A DNA stretch of 64,000 nucleotides. Origin: Blastocystis sp. Blastoise. Taxonomy: Eukaryota; Protista; Bigyra: Opalinata. This document shows positions 37,599-50,356 of this stretch, one piece after another. The translations under genes and the position numbers were made by a program. The notes under the pieces are model-generated. The model was not told the DNA's origin. It ran no database searches and worked only from the letters and a program-made list of their open reading frames with translations. The stretch spans positions 468,123 through 532,122 of the forward strand of contig JBBPEB010000020.1 in the NCBI GenBank assembly GCA_039096225.1, in the 5' to 3' direction. Position 1 is the stretch's first letter; each line of letters starts with the position of its first letter.

Positions 37599-40500
37599 TC
37601 ATATTGTATTATTATGTCGAGTTATAAACACAGTATTCGTGATAACTGTTCTTCCATCAACTACTCCAGTATTATCTTGATCGTCTTTCTCATTTCCCTA
37701 TATTAAAGAAATTTTATTAAAAAGATATATATATATATATACCTCTGCATATGTTTCATCATTATTTCGATTGATATACTCATGGACATCTGCAATTATT
37801 AAATTAAAAGGTTCAATATCAGATATAGATATGAAACTAGATACATATTCCTTTCTTTTTGACAGAACTTCATTAGAATCATTAACTATGTAATACAATC
37901 CTGTTGTTGATACTCGTGCATATGGATATTCATGCTTTTTTATCAATAATAAAGATCCAATTTGGATATAACATAGAGCTTTAATTAAGTGAACTTTATG
38001 ACTATTTATTGTGTCATAAGTGAAGTACATAATATATGAATTGTCAATTGTTTCTATTCCTTGGTCAATATCAGAAGAATTAAATATTATTGAATCATTT
38101 AATATTATCTCAGAGTAAAATGTCATTTCTAGTTTTTCTAAATTATTAAAAATTATTTTACACAAGGAAGGATCATTTAGAATATCATCAACATATATAA
38201 TTTCATTGATATCTATGCCTTGATAGAGACGTTCTTTAAGTATACTATCATTTGATGATAGAATAATCTTAGCTATATCTTTCATATCATTTTTATACAA
38301 TTTAATTTTATCAATTCCTCTTATTCCTTTCACTGTATCAATACCATTATAATTAATAATAATACTATTAAAAGTATCAGATATTATTTGTTGAGGATGT
38401 ATATCAATACTAATTCTAGATTCATTATCATTATTAGTAATACTATTAGAATCTATTGAGAATTCATCTAATATATAATCGTTGGAGTATTTTTTCATAT
38501 TTATATCTAGTACCTCCCTCTCAATTACGCATCGAATACATGATTCGTTAAAGTTTTTTCTTCCAAAGGATACTCTTTTAAGAAACGAATAGAATCTTTC
38601 TGACTGAAAAGTGGAAGCATAATATATAGAACCAGAGTTTATAATAGAATCATAAAGATGTTGAATAAGATGTAACTGTGTATTCAAAATTTCTTTTGGA
38701 AGCAGGAGTTCACATAAAAAACAGAATATATAGCATTGATCTTTAAACATATTTAAAATATTCTGTGAAGTATTTCCACGATATATGTAGACATTACGTA
38801 TAATAGTTGCTAATGGATCAATAAGTAAAATAAGTGGAGAATCAGAAGCACTGAAATCTAAAGTAATAAGAGGAAGAATACATGAAGTAAAAAAAATTCT
38901 AGTATGTGAGGACATATTGTAGAATTTTTTCTCATTCAATATATATCTAAATTCGTATTCATTATCATTGTAGAGTGTATTGATTGCTAGTATTCTTGAA
39001 TTAAGAATAGACATATTCTCATCATCTAGACAATATGTCATAAGTAGTTTCTGAGGATTTATACTATCATTTTTAGCTAATTTAGTAGTATAATCTGTAA
39101 CATTATAATGGAATAAGAGATTTAAGATAAGAGTACAAACATTGTTGAATAAATGCATAGGATCAAGTGTATAGCTTGTAGATGCATCAAAATAAGTTAG
39201 TGATTCAAAAACACTAGGTTTTTGCTTTATTCCAATATTTGATCCATTTTCAGATGATAATTCGCGATTATTTTGAATAGATTCTTTAGTTCTTTGATTA
39301 TATGTTATTGTGTCGAATGCATCTGTAAATATATGATCATCAGAAATAGATTCAATAAGAATTTGACTAGTAATAATAGTATCTTCCTGAGGAGGTGAGG
39401 ATGAAGAATTATGAGAATTATATAATGGTAGAGAAATAGATGGATAACGAATATTCAGAAGTTTTTTATTTGTATCATCAATAGTAACATAATTTTTGAT
39501 ACTTTCATATGCACATTTAATTCCCAGATGAAAATCATCATTTGTTCTATTCCAAAAGAGTTCACAATACCTACAAGGATATGAAGAAGAAGAACCGGTA
39601 AAACTTCCAACATTAGTAACAGCAGCGCAATCGCCATAAGCGCTTAATAATACAGCTACAACTCTTTTTTTCTCAATTCTCCCATTTATAAACACATCCA
39701 TTTCAATACCAGAAGATAGAATAGACAACTCTTTCATTAATATAGTAAGAATTGTATTTGATAATGATTCTTTAGTAATACAATAAGTCCAGAATACACG
39801 TTGATCATTTATTCGTTCTTTATTGTAATTTAGTAGTTTAAGAAGTATAGGAAATGAAGATTTATTACTTTCTATAATAGGATTTGAGAATACACATATA
39901 CCATCACATGTCATATCGAATAGAAGAAAAATGTCACCATTATCTAATACTGATTCTATATATCTTCTATAATTTTTTTCCTGACATATATGAAGGAAGA
40001 GTATTAGGTAGACTTTCAATTGGCATAGATAAATAATACTGTATTTCTTCTTTTGTATAATAAGAAATATCTTCCATTAAAGACATCGAAGAAACCATAT
40101 ATCGAATTCTTGGAATTAATGGAATAATTGATACCTTTGATCCTTTATCATGACATAAATAATAAATATTAAATGTTAATATAATATATATTAAGAAAAA
40201 CATTATTAAGAAATATATTATAAAGAAATATAATATATAAAAAAATTTATTATTAAGATATAAAATGTAAAGAAACATATTATAATGAAACACATTACAA
40301 AGAAATATACTATTAAGAAATATAATAATAAGAAATATAATAATAAGAAATATAATAATAAGAAATATACTATTAAGAAAAAAATATTAAGAAATGTAAT
40401 AAAATGAAATATGCCTTAAGAAATATATTATAAAGAAATGTATTATAAAGAAATATACTATTAAAAATATATTATAAAGGTAGTAATCATCATATATATT

Positions 40501-41200
40501 TGAAAATATAAAGATGATTTTTAATAGTATAATATATATATACCTAAGTTAAGATTACAGTCTTTGTTATTGCATTGTTTTTTTTCTTGAGCTAGAAGGT
40601 TTCGTCCACCGTTGAATGATATTAATGAATTACACTTACTACATACATATATATTCTTATGAATGGGCGTTTCTGAATGAGTTCTACAATACTTTCTGAT
40701 TATATCTTGCCCATTCTTTGGAATAAACAATAAATCACTATCAGGATTCAACAGTTTGATTATATTATTAGCTAATTCATATAGTCTTTTTATTTTTTCT
40801 GTGCTAACTCTCAATTCACACCAACAAGAATAAATGATATCTTCTATCTTTGATTGATTTGTTTCATTATTCTTTGATAATCGTTTCTATATGAATATAT
40901 ATAAATAAAATAAACAAATTAACATTATTAATTAATACATTTATAAAAATTTATAAAAAATTACCTGATTCACAATATTATTCATAAGTAAATCATAAAT
41001 TGATTCTGTTTCACTAAGATTTTTATCACTAACATCTTCATTCAATCCTTCGAGTAATGTAGAAGTATTCAAAGCATCATTTTCTAACTCATGATGGTCA
41101 TCATACCTTGGGATTGCTATATATTTGATACAACAAATAAGATGTTTACTCTTTTGCTTTGTCTCGAATCTAGGTAAATCAAATAAACGTTTGGTCATGA
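37599..41200 (-). pseudogene. CACTA/CMC transposase, spliced, with an apparent +1 frameshift near 39975
   Basis: Colinear homolog of 5605-8583 (YVCSKC, IPLIPRI, YYTKEEI, TCDG, YGD..YPCRYC, LDPMHLF, LHLIQHL, FQSER); same terminal intron position (37742-37698); A7 run where A6 would keep the frame. Confidence 0.8.
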
Positions 41201-42182
41201 ATAAACTCAAAATAAAAATTAGAATTTTTTTTCAATAATTTCTTTTAAATTTTTGTTTACACACATTCTTCCAAGCCGATTCTTTCTCTATTCAATACAT
41301 AAGCAATAGCATGTCAGTCTTTTGATTGATAGTAACAACTCTAATGATTTCAAATTCAACATCATTTTCTTGAATTGCGATAATTCTTTACTTATCTCAA
41401 ATAATAATCTTAATCATGTATTTATTCATGTAACTCGTAATAAGATTTAATTTTTAGCAGTTAGCGGAAACTCAATAAAATTTCTTTTGAAATATTTTAT
41501 GATGAAATTTAAATACCAAATATATATATATACAAACTGCATTAGGCCGTATTTTAAATAAAAAAGTCAATTATATAGTGTATATATAAATAAATAATAA
41601 TATCATTTTCTAAATAATAAATATAATTTGTTAACATTTTTATTATTATTATATTTCTTGATCTTAATTACTTTAAATATATATATCTATACATATATAA
41701 GACGTACTAATATATATAAACTGTATTATTATAGGAAAAAGAACATCAATTATATTATCATGTGATGTAAACTTAAATTTCAAAAAAGGATAATAGTATA
41801 CCTGAATTATTAAATACATAATTATTCATTGAGATTTCGAATTAATTGTTTTGATTCAATATTCTTTTTATATTAGAAATGAAGTCAACGATATTAAAAG
41901 AATCTAGTATTAATCACTAACAAATAGAAGTATATATTATATATATGTTATTATTCTGACTGTTTATGTATTTATTTTTCTTATATATTATGTCTCTGAT
42001 ATTATATTATATATCTTATTGTTTATTTACAAAATTTACATTTCAATATTATATTATTTATGTTATGTACCATTAGACTTAATGATTCATTTTTTACTTA
42101 TATAGATAACATCTAATTTTAGTTTCTTATTATAAGTATCTGTCATTAGTATAAAGAATAATATTGTAATTAAAATATTATA

Positions 42183-42252
<70 letters not shown>

Positions 42253-43399
42253 TGTATTTATTAAAAAATATATTATTTTAACAATATTCTCATATATATT
42301 TTTTAGAGACAGTACTTAAATAAATTCCATTTATTACATAATGACTAAGGAAGTATTTATAAAGCATGCTAGATTTCCATTTAGCGTAGAGTAAATATTA
42401 ACTCATATAAATTATATTTGATGAATTGGGATATTAATGAACATTATATACTATGTCTTTCAACAACATGATCAATGGTATATATATATATTTTGTATAC
42501 ATCTTTATGTATTAAGCTATTTATTACAGTTTATTTAGGAAGAAATAAAATAGATTGTTCTCATGCTTTCATTTTAGTCTCTGTTAAATATCTTTTGAAA
42601 ATTACTCTATATTGTATATATATATATATATATATCATACATTACATTATCACCATTTATTGGCCTACTTATTTTTTTTATAAGATTATTTACTATTTAT
42701 ACTATTATTATTTCTATTATTAATTGAAATATTATTTATAAAAAATGTATATAAAAATATTAAATTATATATATAGACAGATTTGATAATGAATTGCTTC
42801 TTAATTACTTAATATGTGTCATCATCATATGATCTAGTGAAATATGCTACGTATATAAATATATTATATAAGTATAACGAAATTATTAAAAAGGTTTGTA
42901 TTTAAATATATAAAGTTTATAGTTTATATGAAATAGTCTAGATATATATCAGACTACAGTTAATATATATGTGGTTTCTTAATGAGTACGTTTTATGGAT
43001 TATAAGAAAATATTTAGAATCCATATTATCTTTTATTTATTTATACGAGAGTAATATACCTCTTTCTGTAAGTTGGTAGTGTAACTTATAAATAATTAAT
43101 TATTCATATGTTATCGGTAAAATTAGAAACATTAATTTATATTTCTATGATTATTATAATTTTTCTTTAATGTCTTTTGTTATCTCATTTATTCGTCAAG
43201 AATAACAATATATTCACTTTAATATATCATTATATGGAATAGATGATACAAAGAAGTATATCTTCACTATTGTAAGAATAAAATAGGCTACTTTATTTCA
43301 TAGTTATTTATTAATATGACTATTTTAGATAATATTGAAAATCTTTTTTAAAATATTACATAAATACAAAATATTTTTCTAGAAAAATCCATTTTTATT

Positions 43400-44260
43400 T
43401 TGTTTTATAAAAAAGTGCAGAAATGTCACCCAAGTATAATACATGTTTCTTTCTTGTGTATATCGAGTTCTAGAGATAAAATAATAAATGAAGATATAAA
43501 GAGAATGAAAAAACTCAAATTGGTACTATTTGAAGCTTTTCATGAGTTCTATCGTCTAATACTATTACCTGAGAAAACAAGTATAACTATATCTATTTCT
43601 ATTATATATTTAGATAATAAAAAATGTCGTTATTTAACATATAATATGGAAACTTTTTTTCGACGTGAAGCTCTGATAAGAAACATAAAGGTTCCAGCTA
43701 TTAAGAACTCGACAAGAATAATAAAAGTATTTATATAAAATTATACATTCTATAATATAGACTTGTTTAAGGTTTATTCCTTTTGTTGTGAAAGAGAATG
43801 AGTTAGCTGAAGCTAAGCATATATATAAACAGACGAATAATAAATGTTTAATTGATGAAAACAACAAATTGTATATTACTATTCTTCAAGTGATAAAAGA
43901 GTATATGACCCAAAACAAGTTTGCTGAACCATTAGATGATTATGTTATAATAAAATGTGTAAAAAAATCATTGTATGACAAAAAGAATAATGGAAATCTT
44001 GCCGCGTCTTTTGGTTTTAATGTTATAGATGAAGAAGGGTATTCTATTATTGATAAAAAACGTTTGAAAAATGACTTTATGGTAACTTGTTATAATATTA
44101 TATACTAATCTATATATACATATATAGAGTTTAGAATGGAAGCAAAATCCTTCCTTTTTTGACAAAACGACGTATTCATATAAAGCCAACTACGCTATTA
44201 TTGAAGAACTACAAAAGAGTTATGACGCAGTTGTGGAACACAATCGTCGTCATAGGTAAG
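43400..44260 (+). CDS. Multi-exon accessory gene of the inner CACTG element (boundaries approximate)
   Basis: Exon LRFIPFVVKENELAEAKHIYK..IDENNKLY..SLYDKK aligns without gaps to LNLVPFVLSVDERKNAFQMWK..IDMDNILF..SIRNKR; short GT..AG introns at similar places. Confidence 0.6.
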
Positions 44261-45405
44261 TATATACTATTGGTTGTTTTATTTATTATTGTTTCACTTT
44301 TTTTATTAAACTATTGTTTCTTTTTATTTATTTGGAATATGATAGATTCTATCTTTTCATATATTTTTTTAATTTTAGTATTTTAATTTATTTTATGAAT
44401 ATGTATTATATTATCTTGAAAATAAGTATATGAATTATAATAATTATTTATGTGTATCCTTATATTTATAGAATAATTTAACAAAGTTAGAATGGATTGC
44501 ATTCAGGGTCATCACTATGATATAAAAGTTGAAAGATGAATTTTAATCACTTAAATAGGTATATAATATGAATTTTATGTATTAACTTATCATTTATAGC
44601 ATAGTAATGAAATAGAGTAAATTTGTAAAACACTATTAGGCATTTTGATGTTTTAAGGAAATTGATTGGATAAAATAGTTGATTTTGCCAATCATATGTT
44701 CTGAAAGGCCAAAAGTGCCTAATAGTGAAAGTAATTTATTATATAATTATATATAATATTATTGTTTATTTTATTAATTACATATATTATATAGATCATA
44801 AATCTAAAAACAATAATTATAGCTTATTTTATGTATTTTTTTAAATTCAATTTTATTTTAATTTATCATATTCCTTTTTATAGATCACGAATTAGCAAAC
44901 ATCAATTACTATGGTATATATTAGTTTCTTTAATAATATATTATTTCATTATATATATTTCAATAGATAAACAATTATCTTAACAGATTCACTATTTATA
45001 GGTACTTTTATTTGACTGCAATATACTTTATTAAATCACAATGCAATAGGTTTAGAAAAATATAAATTATATTTTTATTTTTTACTGTTTTTATTATTTT
45101 ATTAAAAATATAGTGTGTTTTGTTTTAATACTAAAAAGTAACTACGAATAAAAAAAACTCTCAATTTTTGATAATAAAAGCAAACGTATCTTTCAAAGAT
45201 CTTAATTAAAAATTCCCGAATATTCTCATTAATTTAATTGGACTATTCTATGTATTTTAATTTGCCAATATATAGTAATAAGCCAATTAAGTTTTTAATA
45301 AATTCTTGATAGATTCCATATTATTGACTGAAAATTTCTTAAAAAATAGTTAGCAAGAATTTCTAGTGTATCGCTTTTTCAGACCCATGAAAATGCCTAC
45401 CAGTG

Positions 45406-45646
45406 TATGTTGCATAACATTTTGAAATTGAAATGGATCTGTTAACACTTCTACACAAAAGAATGGTTCTTCCATATCATCTATTTGAATTCGTTCTTCA
45501 TTACGAAATTTCTTACATATTGTCTTTATCCATTTCTTCCAATTTATACTTGTTGATAATTGTATTTTCTTCCAATGTAATAATTGATCTATACAATTTG
45601 TAAAGAATTCTTCACAATCTTTATCTGAATAACCTGTTGATTGCAT
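45406..45646 (-). pseudogene. 5' part of tyrosine recombinase-like gene 2
   Basis: ...NVMQH|TQTEAPGQQ...; 241 + 1556 nt = 1797 nt, giving a 598-aa protein after removal of the element and one TSD copy. Confidence 0.85.
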
Positions 45647-45713
45647 TATTAAAAATTAAATTATTTATAAACAAAACAAATTTATTATTAATATTTTATA
45701 ACATTTCATAGAA

Positions 45714-46136
45714 TTATAAATGAAGAGATTGAACAATAGAATCAACACTTATATTTAATTTCATTAATTGAACAGCTAATTCTTGTATTGATTCATTTTG
45801 ATTAGAATCAATTTCTTCTAATTCATTCAAGACTTCTGATATATGTTTGACTTCTTCTTCTATAATCGTTTGTTGTATTTTCATTGTCTTATAATAGACT
45901 TTCTTTGTTTGTGGATTACAACAATTACAATGAATATCTATATTTTTAACAATTAATTGAAAGAATTCAGTTGATTTCTCAAATAAACATTTTATAGCTT
46001 TTATAATAAATTCTAATAAAGTATTTTTCTTTTCTATTTCTTCTTCGGATAATGTGGTTGTTGTTGAACTATCTGAACTTGTTGAACTTGTACTTGATAA
46101 AGAATGTAAGGATTCAGATACAGATTTAGGCTCCAT
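45714..46136 (-). CDS. Viral hypothetical protein (140 aa; Ser/Thr tract, CNCC motif, coiled coil)
   Basis: ATG-initiated ORF followed by the TGTTTTGTT signal. Confidence 0.7.
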   Translation of the reverse strand: MEPKSVSESLHSLSSTSSTSSDSSTTTTLSEEEIEKKNTLLEFIIKAIKCLFEKSTEFFQLIVKNIDIHCNCCNPQTKKVYYKTMKIQQTIIEEEVKHISEVLNELEEIDSNQNESIQELAVQLMKLNISVDSIVQSLHL

Positions 46137-46204
46137 TTTTTAATAATTTTTAAATGAATAATATAACAAAACATTTTTAATTTAAATGAAATGAATTAAA
46201 ATAT

Positions 46205-48640
46205 TTATATATAAGAGATAGTTAATAAAACAACACAAGGATAATCACATGTTATAAAGAACATATTATCATGAGGTAATAACTTTAATAATTTACGATT
46301 ACAATAATAAACATTCTTATTGATCTTATTTGATATACCTTCATATTTAATACCATTCGAATAGTAATAAGGTAGATTTGTAGTATCTATAACATGAATA
46401 TTATTCTCATATTCATTAGTAAAACATCTTAATGAAATAGGATATAAGTAATCAGTGGATTGACCATACACTGATATAATTTGTATATTAGTTAAGTATT
46501 GATATCCATAGACATTGGTTTTCTTCAATTCATAAATTAAATTCTTACTTGTCGTGAAATCACAATATACTTCATCATAAGCTTTGAAACGTATATCACT
46601 ACCATTAGGTTCACATATATTACAAATGATATTTCCTTTGAATAATTCATCAAATCTTAAATCTATATGATGATCAATGGTGATTGGAGAATTTATATTA
46701 CTATAAGTAACATATTTATCAGATAAAGGAAAACTAAATGTAGGATAATATGATCCATTTATATATCCAGTACATAATTTAGATGCATTTGTTTGGATCG
46801 TATCTGTATCATTCTGAATAATAATATCTTTTAAGATCTTATTCTGGATATTCAATGTAGGATATTCAGCATAGAATTGTGTGTCTGCTGTTAAACAATT
46901 CAAACATAATTTCTTAATGGTTTCACTAGGTTGAATCGTATCGACTGTATCTGAGAATTCTAAGAATCCTCTTAAAATACAATTATCATTGAAATTCACA
47001 TATTGTTTATTTTTATCAGTATATCGTATTGTAATATCTTGTATTGTATTTAAATAAGGAGACACATTAATATTCATAATATCATGAAATTCATTATTGC
47101 CTTTATAATTATTCACATTGAATGAATATAAAGAATTCTGACTATTATCTACTATATTCGATTGAGCTATTAACATTCCTTTTGGACGACTACTATCAAT
47201 ATTATGAACACCATAATTAATAATTTCATCATGACCTAATTTATTATAACCTAAGATTTCACCTAATTCTTGAGCTTGAGAAAAATCTATATGATAACTA
47301 TCAGTATAACACTTATAATTACCATCTAAATCAAGTGTATTCAAATCAGCTATTTTGTCTGGTATTAATTGTTTACCATAAGATACATACCAAGCAAAAC
47401 ATCCTTGTTCATCATAAACTAAATCAGGACGTATATTATGTAGAGCACCACGATACTTAAATAAGGAGTGCTCTATATCTGTAGCTGTAAATGTGAATGA
47501 CGTAGAATCAGTACCTTTACAAGATAAATATATTATATATCCATCCTTATTGTCCATAGTCTGAGCATCTTTGGATATACTTAAATAATCCGTATAAATT
47601 GAATTATTGATTGAACTTTCTAATAATTCATAGAATTCGTTTTCTGTGTAATTTCCAGGAGGAACAGTGAATGTAGTTTCATGAACACCATCATAACCAC
47701 TCAATTGTCGAACAATCATTGTATTATATCCATCTTCCACTGTAACTGTTCTTTTAATTCTATTTAATGTAATTTCCTCTTGAAGTGAAGTATGTGTCAA
47801 TGTTTCTGAATCTTCAAATAAGCCAGTGAATAATTGTTTTTCTAAACTGAGTATATTATTACTTGACCATTGGAAATAAAATTTATGTTCATCAGCTAAT
47901 ACACATTTCATAATTCCATTAGAACCTTGTGTTGGAACAATATAACTTGAATGATCACTCACACCATCAGTAAAGAATTCATTCAATTCATAGATTCCTG
48001 TTGATGTAACAGGAACATTATAAGAAGTTAATTGAGGTCGATATATGGTTATAGTATCATCATCATATCTCATCATTAAACGATTAAATTTATCACCCCA
48101 TTTAGCTGATACACAACATACAGCTATCCACCAAAACTCTATATCCGTATAAGTACCTTTTGGAAAGTAAAAACCACGTCTTTTATTATAAATTGTAATT
48201 TCACAATACCAATCATCTCTATCAATGGTTATTGTTGGGGCTTCATTAATTTTGACAGTGGGATCAATATCAGGAGAATCTTTTATTAATGGCCTATCAC
48301 ATACATCAAAATGACATTGTTCTAATAATTGTGGAATGGAATAATTTTTCTGATCTAAAGTGATTGTATATACGGAACTATTACCATTGACACGAGTATT
48401 TATATATTTGAATATTTGTGTTTTTGTGAAAGTATCAAATAGAGGCACACTTTCACTACCAATTAAATTAAGATCAATATAAGAAATGATATTTTTAGTG
48501 ATATCAATAGAATTCGATAAATGTATATTGAATTGATTATCAATACAACGAACATCAATAGGGACTACATGTGTTTTAATACGAGTATCCTTCTCTTCTA
48601 ATGAAGTCTGTTCTTCATAATTATCATCATCAAGTTCCAT
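46205..48640 (-). CDS. Large penton/minor-capsid-like protein with repeated insert domains (811 aa)
   Basis: LDQKNYS, FPKGTYT, VPPGNYT repeats; AQSNIV and ITIRYTDKNKQYVNF match the penton-type motifs of 51677-52348. Confidence 0.6.
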   Translation of the reverse strand: MELDDDNYEEQTSLEEKDTRIKTHVVPIDVRCIDNQFNIHLSNSIDITKNIISYIDLNLIGSESVPLFDTFTKTQIFKYINTRVNGNSSVYTITLDQKNYSIPQLLEQCHFDVCDRPLIKDSPDIDPTVKINEAPTITIDRDDWYCEITIYNKRRGFYFPKGTYTDIEFWWIAVCCVSAKWGDKFNRLMMRYDDDTITIYRPQLTSYNVPVTSTGIYELNEFFTDGVSDHSSYIVPTQGSNGIMKCVLADEHKFYFQWSSNNILSLEKQLFTGLFEDSETLTHTSLQEEITLNRIKRTVTVEDGYNTMIVRQLSGYDGVHETTFTVPPGNYTENEFYELLESSINNSIYTDYLSISKDAQTMDNKDGYIIYLSCKGTDSTSFTFTATDIEHSLFKYRGALHNIRPDLVYDEQGCFAWYVSYGKQLIPDKIADLNTLDLDGNYKCYTDSYHIDFSQAQELGEILGYNKLGHDEIINYGVHNIDSSRPKGMLIAQSNIVDNSQNSLYSFNVNNYKGNNEFHDIMNINVSPYLNTIQDITIRYTDKNKQYVNFNDNCILRGFLEFSDTVDTIQPSETIKKLCLNCLTADTQFYAEYPTLNIQNKILKDIIIQNDTDTIQTNASKLCTGYINGSYYPTFSFPLSDKYVTYSNINSPITIDHHIDLRFDELFKGNIICNICEPNGSDIRFKAYDEVYCDFTTSKNLIYELKKTNVYGYQYLTNIQIISVYGQSTDYLYPISLRCFTNEYENNIHVIDTTNLPYYYSNGIKYEGISNKINKNVYYCNRKLLKLLPHDNMFFITCDYPCVVLLTISYI

Positions 48641-48713
48641 ATTTTTCTAATTTATTAAATAATAATTTATATTAATTTTATTTTATTTATTAATATTTTT
48701 TTATTAAAAAAAA

Positions 48714-50186
48714 ATGAGAATCTTAAGAATTAAAGATAATATTCCTATTCAAAGTGATACTGATATTCTATCAAGTCCTTATATCTTTCAATATCATTGG
48801 ACTAATGTGGATAATACTTATATCAATTTCAATCAATCCTATTTGGATCTTACTGTCAAAGCAACTGTTACAGATAAAGCTGGACCAGTTTCTGTTTATT
48901 TAGATGAAACAGGTACTTCTGTTAGTTTCACCTATGATCAATTATGTCAATATTTCTTGGATCAATTAGTTCAAAAAGCAAATATTTATTCTATTATTGA
49001 TTCCACTGATGTTGAAATGGTTTATACATTACCTGATGGATCTGATCGTGCTTTGAAATATGAAGAAAACTGTACACATGCTTCACGTGGTCGTAAAATG
49101 ATTTTATTAAAAGATATCAGTAAGAATGATTTAGAAAAATCTATGTATGGTGAAGATTTATCTGCAGATACTTATGAATTGAATTCTATTCGTTATATAC
49201 GTGCACATCCAAATGAATCTATTCATATTGCTATTCCTTTATATCTTATTAGTGGTTTAGGTGTTGATGGAGATTCTTTAATATTAACTAAACATTTCAA
49301 TATGTTATTTAGAACTAGTACTATTGAATCCTTAATTGATAATAATATGAGTATTTATTTCAAGAATGGTGGTAAAGATCTATCAACACAATGGTTACAT
49401 CTAACTGATGAAAAATGGTTTAAGACATTTGAATTGGAATCAGCTACTATGAATTTAATGACTTATAAAGATATTCAATTCCAAACGAATGAATTATATA
49501 AAACTATACCTACATGTATTCAAGTCGATTATCAAAATACAAGAATAACTAGTGATCATTTCAATATCAATAGAGCTTTACCATTTATACCAGAATATAT
49601 ATTATACTGGTTTACAAATGGTTATAGTTCAACAACTATTAGTAATATAGCTAGTCCATCTGTATGGCCTAAATATCAAAGTTGTTTGATTGGTGATGTT
49701 CAAATGTTCCCTCAAACTGAATTCCCTACTCAAATGTATTATCATAATCTTACTACTAAAGGTCATGTCTTCAATAATGAAGAAACTGCTAGTTTATCTT
49801 GTCCTAATAAAAATTTATATTGTTTATGGGCTGATAATTCAAATCCTGAAACTATTCTTAAATATGATGAATGGATTAAACATCCTATTTATATTATTCC
49901 AACTAAAGCATTAATGAATATCCAATCAGATAGTGGTATAGAAATGAATTTTGATTGTAATCTAGATGTTCATGATATTGAATATGGTCATGCTGATTCA
50001 TCTACTGTTCCTGATGGATATACATGTACATATAATGAAACTACTAAAATATGGACACCTGACACTGGTGCTTCTTATGCCGTTGCTTCTCATGCTGGTA
50101 TTTATAAACATATTAATACTGAACTAAATGAGAAGCATCCTTATACATTACATATGATTGCTGTACGTAGTGTACGTGATATTTAA
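48714..50186 (+). CDS. Putative double jelly-roll major capsid protein, paralog 1
   Basis: Beta-rich, N-terminal YINFNQSYLDL motif, IPLYLISGL, FIPEYILYWF; sits in the capsid-penton-ATPase cluster. Confidence 0.7.
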   Translation: MRILRIKDNIPIQSDTDILSSPYIFQYHWTNVDNTYINFNQSYLDLTVKATVTDKAGPVSVYLDETGTSVSFTYDQLCQYFLDQLVQKANIYSIIDSTDVEMVYTLPDGSDRALKYEENCTHASRGRKMILLKDISKNDLEKSMYGEDLSADTYELNSIRYIRAHPNESIHIAIPLYLISGLGVDGDSLILTKHFNMLFRTSTIESLIDNNMSIYFKNGGKDLSTQWLHLTDEKWFKTFELESATMNLMTYKDIQFQTNELYKTIPTCIQVDYQNTRITSDHFNINRALPFIPEYILYWFTNGYSSTTISNIASPSVWPKYQSCLIGDVQMFPQTEFPTQMYYHNLTTKGHVFNNEETASLSCPNKNLYCLWADNSNPETILKYDEWIKHPIYIIPTKALMNIQSDSGIEMNFDCNLDVHDIEYGHADSSTVPDGYTCTYNETTKIWTPDTGASYAVASHAGIYKHINTELNEKHPYTLHMIAVRSVRDI

Positions 50187-50356
50187 ATTTAATATTTCTT
50201 ACTTACTATTCTTAACGTTAACTTGTTTAATTAATTCTATTCTATTCTATATTCCAATCATTTGTTTTGTTATGAATTTCAAATAATTTTATAATTATAA
50301 AATATCATTATTATTTTATTTTTTATTTAAAAAATACATAAACAATAATTATTAAC

